In this document: positions 8,504 to 18,263 of the stretch, one piece after another
How the letters are laid out: each line of letters starts with the position of its first letter
Position numbering within the stretch: position 1 is the first letter of the stretch
From: an uncultured Clostridia bacterium
GTDB lineage: Bacteria; Bacillota; Clostridia; Lachnospirales; CAMZNU01
Direction of reading: 5' to 3'
DNA length: 64,000 bases
Assembly: GCA_947313885.1 (NCBI GenBank)
Contig: CAMZNU010000009.1
Coordinates: 396-64,395, forward strand
Notes under the pieces: model-generated
Seen by the model: the letters and a program-made list of their open reading frames with translations, nothing else
Told to the model about the DNA's origin: nothing
The model's database searches: none
Position numbers and translations under genes: made by a program

Positions 8504-9388
8504 TTACATATTTCCAGTTATATATATTGTTAGTATCATTAATCCGAACATGAACGTAATAGTGACAAAAAATAATTTTGTAAATATTGTAGATAATTTA
8601 AAATCATCAATGACAATTGGTTTATAATTATTTTCTAATTTAAGTTTATTTAAAAAATATAATATAGGTTTAATACATATAAGAGATATTAAAAATAATA
8701 TAGCTAGTTCATTGATTATTTCCGATAAATCTGGAACATCTAGTAAAGTGCTATATTCTTTATCGAAAAATATGGTCAATACACCAATTGAATTAAAAAC
8801 TAGGTGAAATAAAATAGATGAAAAAATAGATCCTGTGTAAATAACTAAATATGTAAGTATAATACCTATAAAAAAAGAATAAATAAATTGATGTAAGTTG
8901 CCGTGTAGTAGTGCAAAGAAGAAACCATTAATTATAGCTTTAGTTTTAACAGGTACTTTTTCAAAGTTAGATAAAAAGAAACAACGCATTAAAAACTCTT
9001 CGAAAACAGCTGGCAAAAGAGCTATTGCTATAAAAATAGTAAAAAATGAATCTATTTTAAAATCGTCTATAACGTCTGGTATAGGATTATGAAAAAATGC
9101 AGATGCCAAAGTACTTGAAAAATAAATAGAAGGCAAAAACAAAAATACTAAAATAAAAATAAAAAAATAAGATTTTAGTGATAGATTTTTTACAATTGGA
9201 AAAGAATTTAAATTAGTTTTGTTTTTTCTATAATAGAAATAAAATACAATAAAATAAGTTGTAATAGTTTCTGGAATAGAAAAATATGTACCGTTAATTT
9301 TTAAAATTACAAATATAACAGGTATTAGTATTGCATAAAAATAATATGAAAAAATAAGTTCATAACTTTTGTTAATAGTAGATCTCAT
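8504..9388 (-). CDS. CPBP family intramembrane glutamic endopeptidase (CAAX protease/Abi family)
   Basis: Multi-TM protein with motifs PAVFEEFLMRCF, FFALLHG and ILFHLVFN. Confidence 0.8.
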   Translation of the reverse strand: MRSTINKSYELIFSYYFYAILIPVIFVILKINGTYFSIPETITTYFIVFYFYYRKNKTNLNSFPIVKNLSLKSYFFIFILVFLFLPSIYFSSTLASAFFHNPIPDVIDDFKIDSFFTIFIAIALLPAVFEEFLMRCFFLSNFEKVPVKTKAIINGFFFALLHGNLHQFIYSFFIGIILTYLVIYTGSIFSSILFHLVFNSIGVLTIFFDKEYSTLLDVPDLSEIINELAILFLISLICIKPILYFLNKLKLENNYKPIVIDDFKLSTIFTKLFFVTITFMFGLMILTIYITGNM

Positions 9389-9529
9389 GATTTCCCCCTA
9401 AGTAATACAATATGTACAATTAATTATATACATGTATTGCATTACGTGCAATAGATACACTATAAACAATAAAAAAATTTTACAATATTATATATAATTT
9501 GTTATAATAGAAGTAATATGGAGGTAATT

Positions 9530-11257
9530 ATGAGAGTTATAAAAAATCATGAAAAGGAAAAATGTTTAAAGGAACTAAATTTACCAATGGCAACGATGAT
9601 AATAAATAAAGGTAAAATATATTATAATGACATGTTTAAGATGTGTTTTAATATTGTAAATAATGAATCTGTAGATGAAATAATAAAAAAATTAGATTTA
9701 AAGTCAAGCAGAAACATAATAGAAACTACTAATAATACGTATGATGTGTATATATCAAAAAAAACAAATGACGTAATAACAGCGGTATTTATAGATGCAA
9801 CAAGAAATATAGAGTTAAAAGATATTAATAAAAACATGATAGGCTATGTAATTATAGATAATTATGAAGAAACTATTGCTAAACTAGAAATGTCTAAAAA
9901 AGGAATAGTGGAAGCATTAGTAGATAGAAAAATAAATGAAATGGCAAATAAGCCATCGTATATAATTGAAAAAATAGAAGTTGATAGGTATTTAATTATT
10001 TTAAGGTATGAGGAATATTTAAAACTTAAAAGTGATAATTTTTCTATTTTAGAAAGTATAAAAAAAATAAAGATAAATGATGATATGCAAATAACTATAA
10101 GTATAGGGTTTGGTATGAGTAAAACAAATTTATATAGTAATAAAGAATATGCAAAAACAGCATTAGAACTTGCATTAGGTAGAGGTGGAGATCAAGTAGT
10201 ATTAAAAAATGGAGATAAATACGAAATTTTTGGCGGTGAAACAGAAGAAACAGTATCGAGAAGTGCAGTACGAGGAAGAGTAAAAGCCCAAATATTAAAA
10301 AAATTAATGGTAAGAGCAGATAAAATTATAGTTATGGGACATAAAAACCCAGATTTAGATTCATTAGGTGCATCAATAGGTGTAAACAAACTAGCTGTAG
10401 CATTAGGTAAGCAATGCAACATAATAATAGGAGAAGTAACAAGTAGTATAAAATTATTGCATGATAGGTTAGTAGAAGATGATAAATTTGATAATGATGT
10501 ATTTATAACGGGCGAAAAGGCATTAAAAGAAATAACAAAAAATACATTGCTAATAATAGTAGATGTAAATAAAGGTGTATTAGTTGAATACCCTAAATTA
10601 TTAGAGGCAAGTGAAAAAACGGTATTAATAGATCATCATAGAAAAGACATAGAAAGTATAAAGGATACTATATTGTCATATCACGTATCATCAGCATCAT
10701 CAACATCGGAACTAGTAATAGATTTAATAAAATATTACAAAGAAAATATAAAGCTTGAAAAAGTAGAAGCCGATGCATTGTTAGCAGGAATGGTAGTAGA
10801 TACGAAAAATTTTAGTTTTAAGACATCGTCAAAAACCTTTGAAAATGCTAGTTATGTAAATGTAGCTGGTGCAGAAACGTCAAGAGTACAAAATTTATTA
10901 CAAAGTGGTATTAAGGAATATAAAATTAAAACAGATATAGTTAATACGGCAGTGCTATATGGAGACATAGCAATAAGTACTTATGTTGGGGAGATGGAAA
11001 ATCCAAAGTTATTAATAGCACAAGCCGCAGATGAGTTATTAAATTTAGCAGAAATAAATGTATCATTTGTATTGACGAAAACCTCAAAAGGTGTATTAGT
11101 AAGCGCAAGAAGTTTAGGTAAAACAAATGTACAAAAAATATTAGAGAACTTAGGCGGTGGCGGTCATAGAACTATGGCGGCAGGAATCGTTTTAGATAAA
11201 ACGTTAGAGGAAGTTAAGCAAATGATATTATCTTATTTAAAAATAATGGAGGGATAG
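9530..11257 (+). CDS. gdpP: GdpP-like DHH/DHHA1 phosphodiesterase (c-di-AMP phosphodiesterase type) lacking N-terminal TM helices
   Basis: Degenerate GGDEF block ALGRGGDQVV, DHH motifs GHKNPDLDSLGA / IDHHR, DHHA1 GGGGH. Conserved yybT-rplI-dnaB synteny. Start placed at the ATG behind GGAGG (track 9518). Confidence 0.8.
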   Translation: MRVIKNHEKEKCLKELNLPMATMIINKGKIYYNDMFKMCFNIVNNESVDEIIKKLDLKSSRNIIETTNNTYDVYISKKTNDVITAVFIDATRNIELKDINKNMIGYVIIDNYEETIAKLEMSKKGIVEALVDRKINEMANKPSYIIEKIEVDRYLIILRYEEYLKLKSDNFSILESIKKIKINDDMQITISIGFGMSKTNLYSNKEYAKTALELALGRGGDQVVLKNGDKYEIFGGETEETVSRSAVRGRVKAQILKKLMVRADKIIVMGHKNPDLDSLGASIGVNKLAVALGKQCNIIIGEVTSSIKLLHDRLVEDDKFDNDVFITGEKALKEITKNTLLIIVDVNKGVLVEYPKLLEASEKTVLIDHHRKDIESIKDTILSYHVSSASSTSELVIDLIKYYKENIKLEKVEADALLAGMVVDTKNFSFKTSSKTFENASYVNVAGAETSRVQNLLQSGIKEYKIKTDIVNTAVLYGDIAISTYVGEMENPKLLIAQAADELLNLAEINVSFVLTKTSKGVLVSARSLGKTNVQKILENLGGGGHRTMAAGIVLDKTLEEVKQMILSYLKIMEG

Positions 11258-11260
11258 CAA

Positions 11261-11710
11261 ATGAAAGTTATATTAACAAAGGATATAAAAACATTAGGAA
11301 AAAAAGGCGATATAATAACAGCATCAGATGGATATGCAAGAAATTATTTACTACCAAAAGGCATTGCTATAGAAGCGACAGATGGAAATGTAAAAGTTCA
11401 AAGTAAAAAAACAGAAAAAATAGAAAGAGATAAAGAAGAAATATTAAATAATGCAAGAGAATTAAAAAATAAATTAGAAGAAAAAAAATTAAGCTTTAAG
11501 ATGAAAATAGGAAGTAATGGTAAAGCATTTAGTAGTTTAACAAATAAAGAAATATCAAAAGGTATAAAAGAACAATTAAAATTAGAAGTAGATAAGAAAA
11601 AAATAACTGTTAAAAACCCGATAAAAGCAATAGGAAATTTTTCAGTAGAATTAAAATTACACCCAAAAGTAATAGCAACATTAGAAATAAGAGTGGATGA
11701 AGCTAAATAA
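11261..11710 (+). CDS. rplI: 50S ribosomal protein L9
   Basis: [34 protein letters not shown] is the canonical L9 N-terminus. Confidence 0.95.
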   Translation: MKVILTKDIKTLGKKGDIITASDGYARNYLLPKGIAIEATDGNVKVQSKKTEKIERDKEEILNNARELKNKLEEKKLSFKMKIGSNGKAFSSLTNKEISKGIKEQLKLEVDKKKITVKNPIKAIGNFSVELKLHPKVIATLEIRVDEAK

Positions 11711-13039
11711 ATGGAAGAAAAAGAGATTTTAAAAGTTCCTCCACGCGATATAAATGCAGAAGAAGCAATACTTGGGTGTATGCTATTTGATAAAGAGGGT
11801 CTAGCAAAAGGTATAGAGAACATAAATGCAGAAGAGTTTTACAAGCCAAATAGCAAAGTATTATTTGAAGCTATGAAAGCTTTGTATAATAGTAACAGCC
11901 CCGTAGATGCAATAACTATAGGTGATAAATTAAATCAAATGGGCGTAATAGAAAAAATAGGCGGTATAGAATATTTAGCAAAAATATCTAATACGGTATT
12001 TACATCATCAAAAATAGAATCTTATATAGAAATAGTAAAAAATGCATATATAAGAAGAAGATTAATAAAAATATCAAATGAAATAGAGCAAGCAAGTTTT
12101 AGAGGTGAGGCTAGTGTAAACCAGTTAATAGAATTAGCAGAGAAGTCTATATTTTCCGTAGTGGAAAATATAAGAAGTACAGAGTTTGCAGATATATCAG
12201 ATATTTTAGTAAGTGCAATATCTAAAATAGAACTTTTAGCAAATAGCAAAGGTGCAATAACAGGAGTTCCGACAGGGTTTATGGATTTAGATAAAGAAAC
12301 ATCAGGGTTTCAAAAAGCAGATTTAATATTATTAGCGGCAAGACCATCTATGGGTAAAACGGCATTAGCGTTAAATATAGCTCAAAATATGGCAATTAAG
12401 TATGATAAGAAAGTTGCGATATTTAGTTTAGAGATGTCAAAGGAACAATTAATAAATAGAATGATATGTAGTGAGGCGTTAATAGATTCGAATAAATTAA
12501 GAACAGGGGATTTAAACAGTGGGGACTGGAAAAAGTTAATAGAATCAGTTCCAATATTATCAAAAGCCAGTATATATATAGATGATACAGCGAGCATTTC
12601 AGTAACAGAACTTAGATCAAAATGTAGAAAATTGAAAATAGAAAAAGGTTTAGATATAATTTTTATAGATTACCTACAACTTATGGTATCAGGAAGTAGG
12701 AGCGAGAATAGACAACAAGAAGTATCAGAAATTTCAAGAACATTAAAGGCGATAGCTAGAGAATTAAATGTGCCAGTTGTAGCGCTTAGCCAACTTAGTC
12801 GTGGTGTTGAAAGTAGACAAGATAAAAGACCTATGTTATCAGATTTAAGAGAGTCTGGAGCGATAGAGCAAGATGCAGACATAGTATCATTTTTATATAG
12901 AGACGAATATTATAATAATGATACGGAGCATAAAAACATAGCAGAATTAATAATAGCCAAACAAAGAAATGGACCAACTGGGACAGTAAAATTAACATGG
13001 TTAAGTAAATATACAAAGTTTGGCGACACAGAAATTTAA
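11711..13039 (+). CDS. dnaB: replicative DNA helicase DnaB (DnaC in B. subtilis nomenclature)
   Basis: N-terminal PPRDINAEEAILGCML, Walker A ARPSMGKTA, Walker B IIFIDYLQL, QLSRGVESRQDKRPMLSDLRESGAIEQDAD. Confidence 0.95.
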   Translation: MEEKEILKVPPRDINAEEAILGCMLFDKEGLAKGIENINAEEFYKPNSKVLFEAMKALYNSNSPVDAITIGDKLNQMGVIEKIGGIEYLAKISNTVFTSSKIESYIEIVKNAYIRRRLIKISNEIEQASFRGEASVNQLIELAEKSIFSVVENIRSTEFADISDILVSAISKIELLANSKGAITGVPTGFMDLDKETSGFQKADLILLAARPSMGKTALALNIAQNMAIKYDKKVAIFSLEMSKEQLINRMICSEALIDSNKLRTGDLNSGDWKKLIESVPILSKASIYIDDTASISVTELRSKCRKLKIEKGLDIIFIDYLQLMVSGSRSENRQQEVSEISRTLKAIARELNVPVVALSQLSRGVESRQDKRPMLSDLRESGAIEQDADIVSFLYRDEYYNNDTEHKNIAELIIAKQRNGPTGTVKLTWLSKYTKFGDTEI

Positions 13040-13044
13040 ATATT

Positions 13045-13081
13045 AAAAAACGTATAATCTATAATAGATTATACGTTTTTT
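13045..13081. terminator. bidirectional terminator (dnaB / convergent minus-strand operon)
   Basis: CGTATAATCTA-taa-TAGATTATACG flanked by A6 and T6. Confidence 0.75.
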
Positions 13082-13310
13082 AATATTTAAATTCTAAAAC
13101 CCCACTATCAATGTATTTATTAATTTTAGCGAGGGGTATACCTGTATCAGAGACAAGATCACTTATTGTAATGCCGTAGTTATCTCGAACATAAGTACGA
13201 ATAAAATTTATTTCATCCAACTCTTTCTTTTTGCAAATATCGCAAATAGTATCATCCATAGTAGTAAAATTAAAAAAATTATTACATTTTTTGCAACGTA
13301 TTCTTTTCAT
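13080..13310 (-). CDS. small zinc-ribbon plus HTH protein, YvyF/TIGR03826-like
   Basis: CKKCNN...CDICKKKE Cys pairs, then EINFIRTYVRDN and an HTH-like ITISDLVSDTGIPLAKINKYI. Start set at the ATG 6 nt after GAGGTG (the track ORF extends to 13382 into the ABC-F gene). Confidence 0.5.
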   Translation of the reverse strand: MKRIRCKKCNNFFNFTTMDDTICDICKKKELDEINFIRTYVRDNYGITISDLVSDTGIPLAKINKYIDSGVLEFKY

Positions 13311-13329
13311 ATGCATCACCTCATTATAG

Positions 13330-15216
13330 TTATTCCGATAATTGTTCCCATTTATCAAAAAGAGTAGTAAGTTCTGTTTCAAAAATTTCTTTTTGGTTAA
13401 AAAGTTTTAATAATTTCTCTTGATCTCTAGAATTAGAGGGATCATTAAGTTGTTTATCAATATTTGAAATTTCGAGTTCAATGTTTGAAATTCGAATTTC
13501 AATTTTATCAATAGCATTTTTCTTTTTACGTTTTTCGCGTTCGATGTTTTTTTGTGCTTCACGACTAACTTTAGAAGTAGATGATATATTAGTTTCATTA
13601 AAAGAAACGTTAGAAGTATCTCTTTTTTCCATGTAGTAATCGTAGTCACCTAAGTAAGTTATGAATCCTTTATTTTTAAGTTCAATAACTTTATCGGCAG
13701 TTGAGTTTATAAAATACCTGTCATGGGAAATGTAAAGAACAGTTCCTTCATAATTTTTTATAGCATTTTCTAAAACTTCACGAGAATAAACATCAAGATG
13801 GTTAGTAGGTTCATCAAGGAGTAGGAAATTGGCTTTACTGTACATAATTTTAGCTAAGCTAAGACGTCCTTTTTCACCACCAGATAGAGAAGATATTTTT
13901 TTAGTAAGATCTTCATCATAAAACATAAATCTAGCTAAGTAGCTTCTAACTTCATAATTAGTGATAGAAGAATTCAAACTATCAAAAGTTTGAAATACGG
14001 TGAAGTCATCATTAAGTAAACTTTGACTTTGGTCATAGTAAGAGATATTTACGTTACTACCGAGTTTTATAGAACCTTCATTAGATTGTAACTCGTTTAA
14101 AATCAATTTAAATAAAGTAGTTTTACCAGCACCGTTTTGCCCAACTAAAGCGATTTTTTCGCCTCTAATAATGTCAAGGTCAACGTTTTCAAATAAAGTA
14201 TCTTCAAATTTCATAGAAAGACCACGAATTTTCAGAACTTCACGCCCGCTAAGGATGGGGGAGCTAAAAGTAAGTTTCATAGTAGAATTTAAATCTATAG
14301 GTTTGTCAATAATATCTAGTTTATCTAAAAGTTTTTGTTTACTGCGAGCGCGTTTTACAGATTTTTCGCGGTTAAAAGAAAGTAGTTTATCAATAGCTTT
14401 TTTACGTTTTTCCACATCTTTTTGTTGGCTTAAATATGCATGGAGTTCAATTTCTCTGTTAATTTCTTTTTGCATTAAATAGTCTGTAAAATTACCGTTG
14501 TAGCAATTAGCTATTCCGTGTTCAATTTCATAAACTTTAGACACTATAGCATCTAAAAAATATCTATCATGAGAAATTATAATTAAGGCCGTATTAGAAT
14601 TTTTCAAATAATTTTCTAGCCATTCAATAGATGGTAAATCCAGATGGTTAGTAGGTTCATCAAGAAGTAAAACATCAGGACTTTCTAATAAAGTTTTAGC
14701 AAGAGAAAGACGAGTTTGTTGACCACCTGATAAAGAAGATATATTTTTAGTGAAATCAGACTCTAAAAATCCAAGTCCTTTAAGAATACCAGTAATTTTA
14801 CTTTTATATTCATAACCGTTTAGAGCTTCAAAATCCGCTGTCAAATTAGAAAGATTTAAAATAGCTTTTTCTAATTCTAGATCACATAAGTTATCAAGAC
14901 TTTTTGTTATGTCATCAATATGCTTTTCTAAATCAACAAGATGATTAAAAGCAAGTTTAACGTAATCGTAAATAGTGTAATTAAAATCGGGGTTAAATAC
15001 TTGCGATAAATATCCTATAGTAGCGCCTTTTTTTAAAAACACATCGCCAGAATCTTTAGAAAGAGTATTTGTTAATATTTTAAATAGTGTAGTTTTTCCA
15101 GCACCATTTATGCCGACGAGGGCAATTTTTTCTTTATTTTTTAAGGGGATAGAAATATTGTTCAGAACATTTTTATCACCAAAGTTTTTATAAACGTTAT
15201 TAATAGATAAAATCAC
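13330..15216 (-). CDS. ABC-F family ATPase (two ABC cassettes, no TM domain; ribosome-associated type)
   Basis: Two Walker A motifs (GINGAGKTT, GQNGAGKTT), two signatures (LSGGQQTR, LSGGEKGR), two Walker B motifs (LLLDEPTNHLD twice) and a C-terminal coiled coil. Start set at the GTG 6 nt after AAGGAGG (track 15252). Confidence 0.9.
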   Translation of the reverse strand: MILSINNVYKNFGDKNVLNNISIPLKNKEKIALVGINGAGKTTLFKILTNTLSKDSGDVFLKKGATIGYLSQVFNPDFNYTIYDYVKLAFNHLVDLEKHIDDITKSLDNLCDLELEKAILNLSNLTADFEALNGYEYKSKITGILKGLGFLESDFTKNISSLSGGQQTRLSLAKTLLESPDVLLLDEPTNHLDLPSIEWLENYLKNSNTALIIISHDRYFLDAIVSKVYEIEHGIANCYNGNFTDYLMQKEINREIELHAYLSQQKDVEKRKKAIDKLLSFNREKSVKRARSKQKLLDKLDIIDKPIDLNSTMKLTFSSPILSGREVLKIRGLSMKFEDTLFENVDLDIIRGEKIALVGQNGAGKTTLFKLILNELQSNEGSIKLGSNVNISYYDQSQSLLNDDFTVFQTFDSLNSSITNYEVRSYLARFMFYDEDLTKKISSLSGGEKGRLSLAKIMYSKANFLLLDEPTNHLDVYSREVLENAIKNYEGTVLYISHDRYFINSTADKVIELKNKGFITYLGDYDYYMEKRDTSNVSFNETNISSTSKVSREAQKNIEREKRKKKNAIDKIEIRISNIELEISNIDKQLNDPSNSRDQEKLLKLFNQKEIFETELTTLFDKWEQLSE

Positions 15217-15348
15217 GATGTGCCTCCTTAAATAATATAAACATTTTACCAAAAAAAATAAAAATTTTCAAACTAGTTAATATAAAATATAAATATGTTT
15301 ACATAGATAAATATAGATAGTAAAATAAAAAAAAGGTGGGAGGATATT

Positions 15349-15984
15349 ATGAAAAAAGATAAAGTGAAAAAAAAGGTTTCTAATGCTGTAATAAAGAGGT
15401 TACCTAAGTATTATAAATGTATAAGTAAATTAATAGATTGTGGGATAGAAAAAATATCTTCAAATGATTTAAGTGATAGAATGAAAATAACGCCATCACA
15501 AATAAGACAAGATTTAAATAACTTTGGATGTTTTGGAACTCAAGGATATGGATATGAGTTAAAATTTTTGTTATATGAAATAGAAAAGATTTTAGGGTTA
15601 GATAGAAAATACAATATGATTTTAGTAGGATATGGTAATTTAGGGAAGGCACTTATAGATTATAAAGAATTTAAAAGAAAAGGGTTTGAATTTAAAGGTA
15701 TATTTGACATAAATAAGGAAATTATAAATAGTGAAGTGAATGGGATTAAAATATATGATATGAGTGAAATGGAAAGTTTTATGGAAGAAAATAAAATAGA
15801 TATAGTAGTATTAACAGTACCAAAAGAAGTTGTAAATAAAATATACCTTGAAGTATTAAAGTATGAGATTAAAGGTGTATGGAATTATACCCAAGAAGAA
15901 TTAGAGCCATTAAATGGAATAAAAGTAGAGCAAGTGCATTTAATGGAAAGTTTAATGATGTTATCGTATAAAGTGAATGAGTAG
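15349..15984 (+). CDS. rex: redox-sensing transcriptional repressor Rex
   Basis: N-terminal winged helix (AVIKRLPKYYKCI, SSNDLSDRMKITPSQIRQDL) followed by a Rossmann GYGNLGKAL. Confidence 0.9.
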   Translation: MKKDKVKKKVSNAVIKRLPKYYKCISKLIDCGIEKISSNDLSDRMKITPSQIRQDLNNFGCFGTQGYGYELKFLLYEIEKILGLDRKYNMILVGYGNLGKALIDYKEFKRKGFEFKGIFDINKEIINSEVNGIKIYDMSEMESFMEENKIDIVVLTVPKEVVNKIYLEVLKYEIKGVWNYTQEELEPLNGIKVEQVHLMESLMMLSYKVNE

Positions 15985-16001
15985 AAGAAGGTGGAATAAA
16001 A

Positions 16002-17453
16002 ATGGATAAATATGCAATTATATTACCTATAAGTGGTGGAATAATAGGATATTGCACGAATTGGTTAGCGATAAAGATGGTTTTCAAACCACATAATGAA
16101 AAAAGAATATTAGGGATAAAAATACCATTCACGCCAGGATTAATAGCAAGAGAAAGAAAAAGGTTAGTAAATGAGTTAAGCAAAACTATAGAAGAAGAAG
16201 TAGTAACAAAAGAGTCAATAGCGGAATTTGTAAAAAAACTACAATTAGAAAATGAAATAGATAAATTTTTGGAAAAAGGTAAAGAAGAGTTAAAAAATAA
16301 CAAGTATTTAGTAAAAGATATAATAATAAAATATTATGATGGTGATGAAGTAGAGTTAATAGAAGTTATAAAAAATAGCAGTAGTGATAAAATAGCCAAA
16401 TATGTTGATAGTGAAAAATTTAATATTGTATTAGATGAAATAAGTAAATATGTGGTTAAGCTGCTACAAGAAGAAATAACAGAAATATATTATGATAAGG
16501 GGATAAAATATTTAGTAAATCGAATGATTGAGATGGATGTAGATGAAGAAAAAAAGAAAGATATCATAAAAAAAATAGTTAATGAGGTATACGAAAGTAT
16601 AAAAAATAGTGAAAATAAAGTAGGAGATTATTTAGGAGGTAGTGAGGAACATATAGAAAACGGGATAAAAGAAAATATAAAACCGATTTTAAATTATGTT
16701 AATAACTATGTTAAAAGTGAAAATTCAGAAGAATTGCATGTAGAGTTAAAAAAAATAATTAAAAAAATAATAGAAAGTAATTTAGGGAGTTTAGCAAGTG
16801 CATTTATCAATGTAGAAACTATATACCCAACTATGGTAGTAAAATTTACAGAGTATGTAGAAAATCCAAGCAATGAAGAGGAGATAATTGGGTATATTAA
16901 TAAAGTGGTAGGAAAAGGTTTAGAGAGCAAAATAAAAGATGTAGGAAGATTAGTGCCAAAAAAAGTGTATGAAAATGTTATAAATAGTGGCATAGATAAT
17001 ATGTTAATTAAGTTAAAAAAAGGCAATAATAATGAAGAGATAGAAATGATTTTAAAAGAAATAATAAATATTGAAAATATAATAAATGAAAACGAAGAAA
17101 TCATTTTAAAAGAAATAAAAAATATAATACATGTAAACACAAAGGGTAATAGTAGTAAAATAATAAGAGAAGTAATTAATAAGATATTAAAGCTTGAGTG
17201 TTATGATATAGTGAAATATGTACCTATTAAAGTTTCAAAAATAAAAAATATTAACAATATAATATGCATAGCTGTTAATAAAGTGGTTAATAAATTAGAT
17301 ATTAAAAAAATCGTTGACACAAAGTTAGAAAAAACTAGCATGATAGAGTTAGAAAGTTTAATAATGCGAGTAGTAAAGAAAGAATTAAAAGCGATAACAA
17401 ATTTAGGAGCTGTGTTAGGATTTGTATTAGGAATAATTATGTTGTTTATTTAA
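16002..17453 (+). CDS. DUF445 family membrane-associated protein (YheB-like)
   Basis: N-terminus GGIIGYCTNWLAIKMVFKPH...IPFTPGLIARERKR and C-terminal TM LGAVLGFVLGIIMLFI, typical of DUF445. Confidence 0.7.
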   Translation: MDKYAIILPISGGIIGYCTNWLAIKMVFKPHNEKRILGIKIPFTPGLIARERKRLVNELSKTIEEEVVTKESIAEFVKKLQLENEIDKFLEKGKEELKNNKYLVKDIIIKYYDGDEVELIEVIKNSSSDKIAKYVDSEKFNIVLDEISKYVVKLLQEEITEIYYDKGIKYLVNRMIEMDVDEEKKKDIIKKIVNEVYESIKNSENKVGDYLGGSEEHIENGIKENIKPILNYVNNYVKSENSEELHVELKKIIKKIIESNLGSLASAFINVETIYPTMVVKFTEYVENPSNEEEIIGYINKVVGKGLESKIKDVGRLVPKKVYENVINSGIDNMLIKLKKGNNNEEIEMILKEIINIENIINENEEIILKEIKNIIHVNTKGNSSKIIREVINKILKLECYDIVKYVPIKVSKIKNINNIICIAVNKVVNKLDIKKIVDTKLEKTSMIELESLIMRVVKKELKAITNLGAVLGFVLGIIMLFI

Positions 17454-17470
17454 AAAAGGCAACAGATTAA

Positions 17471-17517
17471 AAAAAGACAAAAAAAAACTAATTCTAGTTT
17501 TTTTTTTGTCTTTTTTT
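17471..17517. terminator. bidirectional terminator
   Basis: AGACAAAAAAAAACTA-attc-TAGTTTTTTTTTGTCT flanked by A/T runs. Confidence 0.7.
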
Positions 17518-17779
17518 AATCTACTATTGTTAAGTTAGCAAGTTTAGCCAATTCTCTAATAGAATCTACTGAAACTTTTTTGCCGTGAAATTCGACTAAA
17601 TCATCAAATGAGCCACTAAAAATATCTGTAGGTAAATATTTTTGCAATACTATTGCATTATCATCTACAAAAATTTCCACAGCATCCTTTTCGTTCAAGT
17701 CAAAATTTCTACGTAATTCAATAGGTATTACTATACGTCCTAATTCATCTATACGTCGTACCATTCCCGTCGCTTTCAT
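17516..17779 (-). CDS. abrB: transition-state regulator AbrB (SpoVT/AbrB swapped-hairpin domain), intact copy
   Basis: MKATGMVRRIDELGRIVIPIELRRNFDLNEKDAVEIFVDDNAIVLQKY closely parallels B. subtilis AbrB residues 1-50. Normal-length C-terminal domain. Confidence 0.9.
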   Translation of the reverse strand: MKATGMVRRIDELGRIVIPIELRRNFDLNEKDAVEIFVDDNAIVLQKYLPTDIFSGSFDDLVEFHGKKVSVDSIRELAKLANLTIVD

Positions 17780-17809
17780 ATAACACTCCTTTTTAATTTT
17801 AACAACTAA

Positions 17810-17839
17810 ATTATAACATTATATGTCATGTTATGTCAA
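17810..17839 (-). promoter_or_regulatory. promoter of abrB copy 1 (TTGACA-18 nt-TATAAT on minus strand)
   Basis: Hexamers read on the reverse complement, about 30 nt upstream of the start. Confidence 0.5.
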
Positions 17840-18114
17840 ATATATTGTAAAAAAACAAAAAAAAGTACAGTAAATAAAATAAAGGCTATTTCTAATACTC
17901 TAATACAATCCTTAGTTCTATGAAATCTAAGTAAATCATCAAACGATCCACTAAAAATATCTGTAGGTGAATATTTTTGCAATACTATTACATTATCATC
18001 TACAAAAATTTCCACAGCATCCTTTTCGTTCATGTCAAAATTTCTACGTAATTCAATAGGTATTACTCTACGTCCCAATGTACCTATGTGTCTTGTAGTT
18101 TCTGTTTCTTTCAT
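17836..18114 (-). pseudogene. AbrB-like paralogue with diverged N-terminal 12 residues and replaced C-terminus (possibly degenerate)
   Basis: Residues 13-61 are nearly identical to the abrB copy at 17516-17779. The tail (LRFHRTKDCIRVLEIAFILFTVLFFVFLQYI) reads through T-rich intergenic-type DNA. It could equally be a functional truncated paralogue. Confidence 0.5.
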
Positions 18115-18154
18115 ATAAAACTCCTTTTTAATTTTAATAATAAGTTACAACTAA

Positions 18155-18183
18155 GTTATAACGTATATGTCATATTATGTCAA
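18155..18183 (-). promoter_or_regulatory. promoter of the abrB-like copy 2 (TTGACA-17 nt-TATAAC on minus strand)
   Basis: Duplicated version of the copy-1 promoter region. Confidence 0.45.
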
Positions 18184-18263
18184 ACATATCATAAAATTAA
18201 CAAAAAAAAGTGTAGTAAAAAAAACAAAAAAAACATAACATATTAAAATAAAAGGAGGTAGTT

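Noticed and set aside
15253-15348. Looked for a Rex operator (TTGTGAA-N4-TTCACAA / TTGTTAA-N4-TTAACAA type) upstream of rex and elsewhere
   Set aside because: Only a short AACTAGTT palindrome is present, and nothing matches the Rex box well enough to report.
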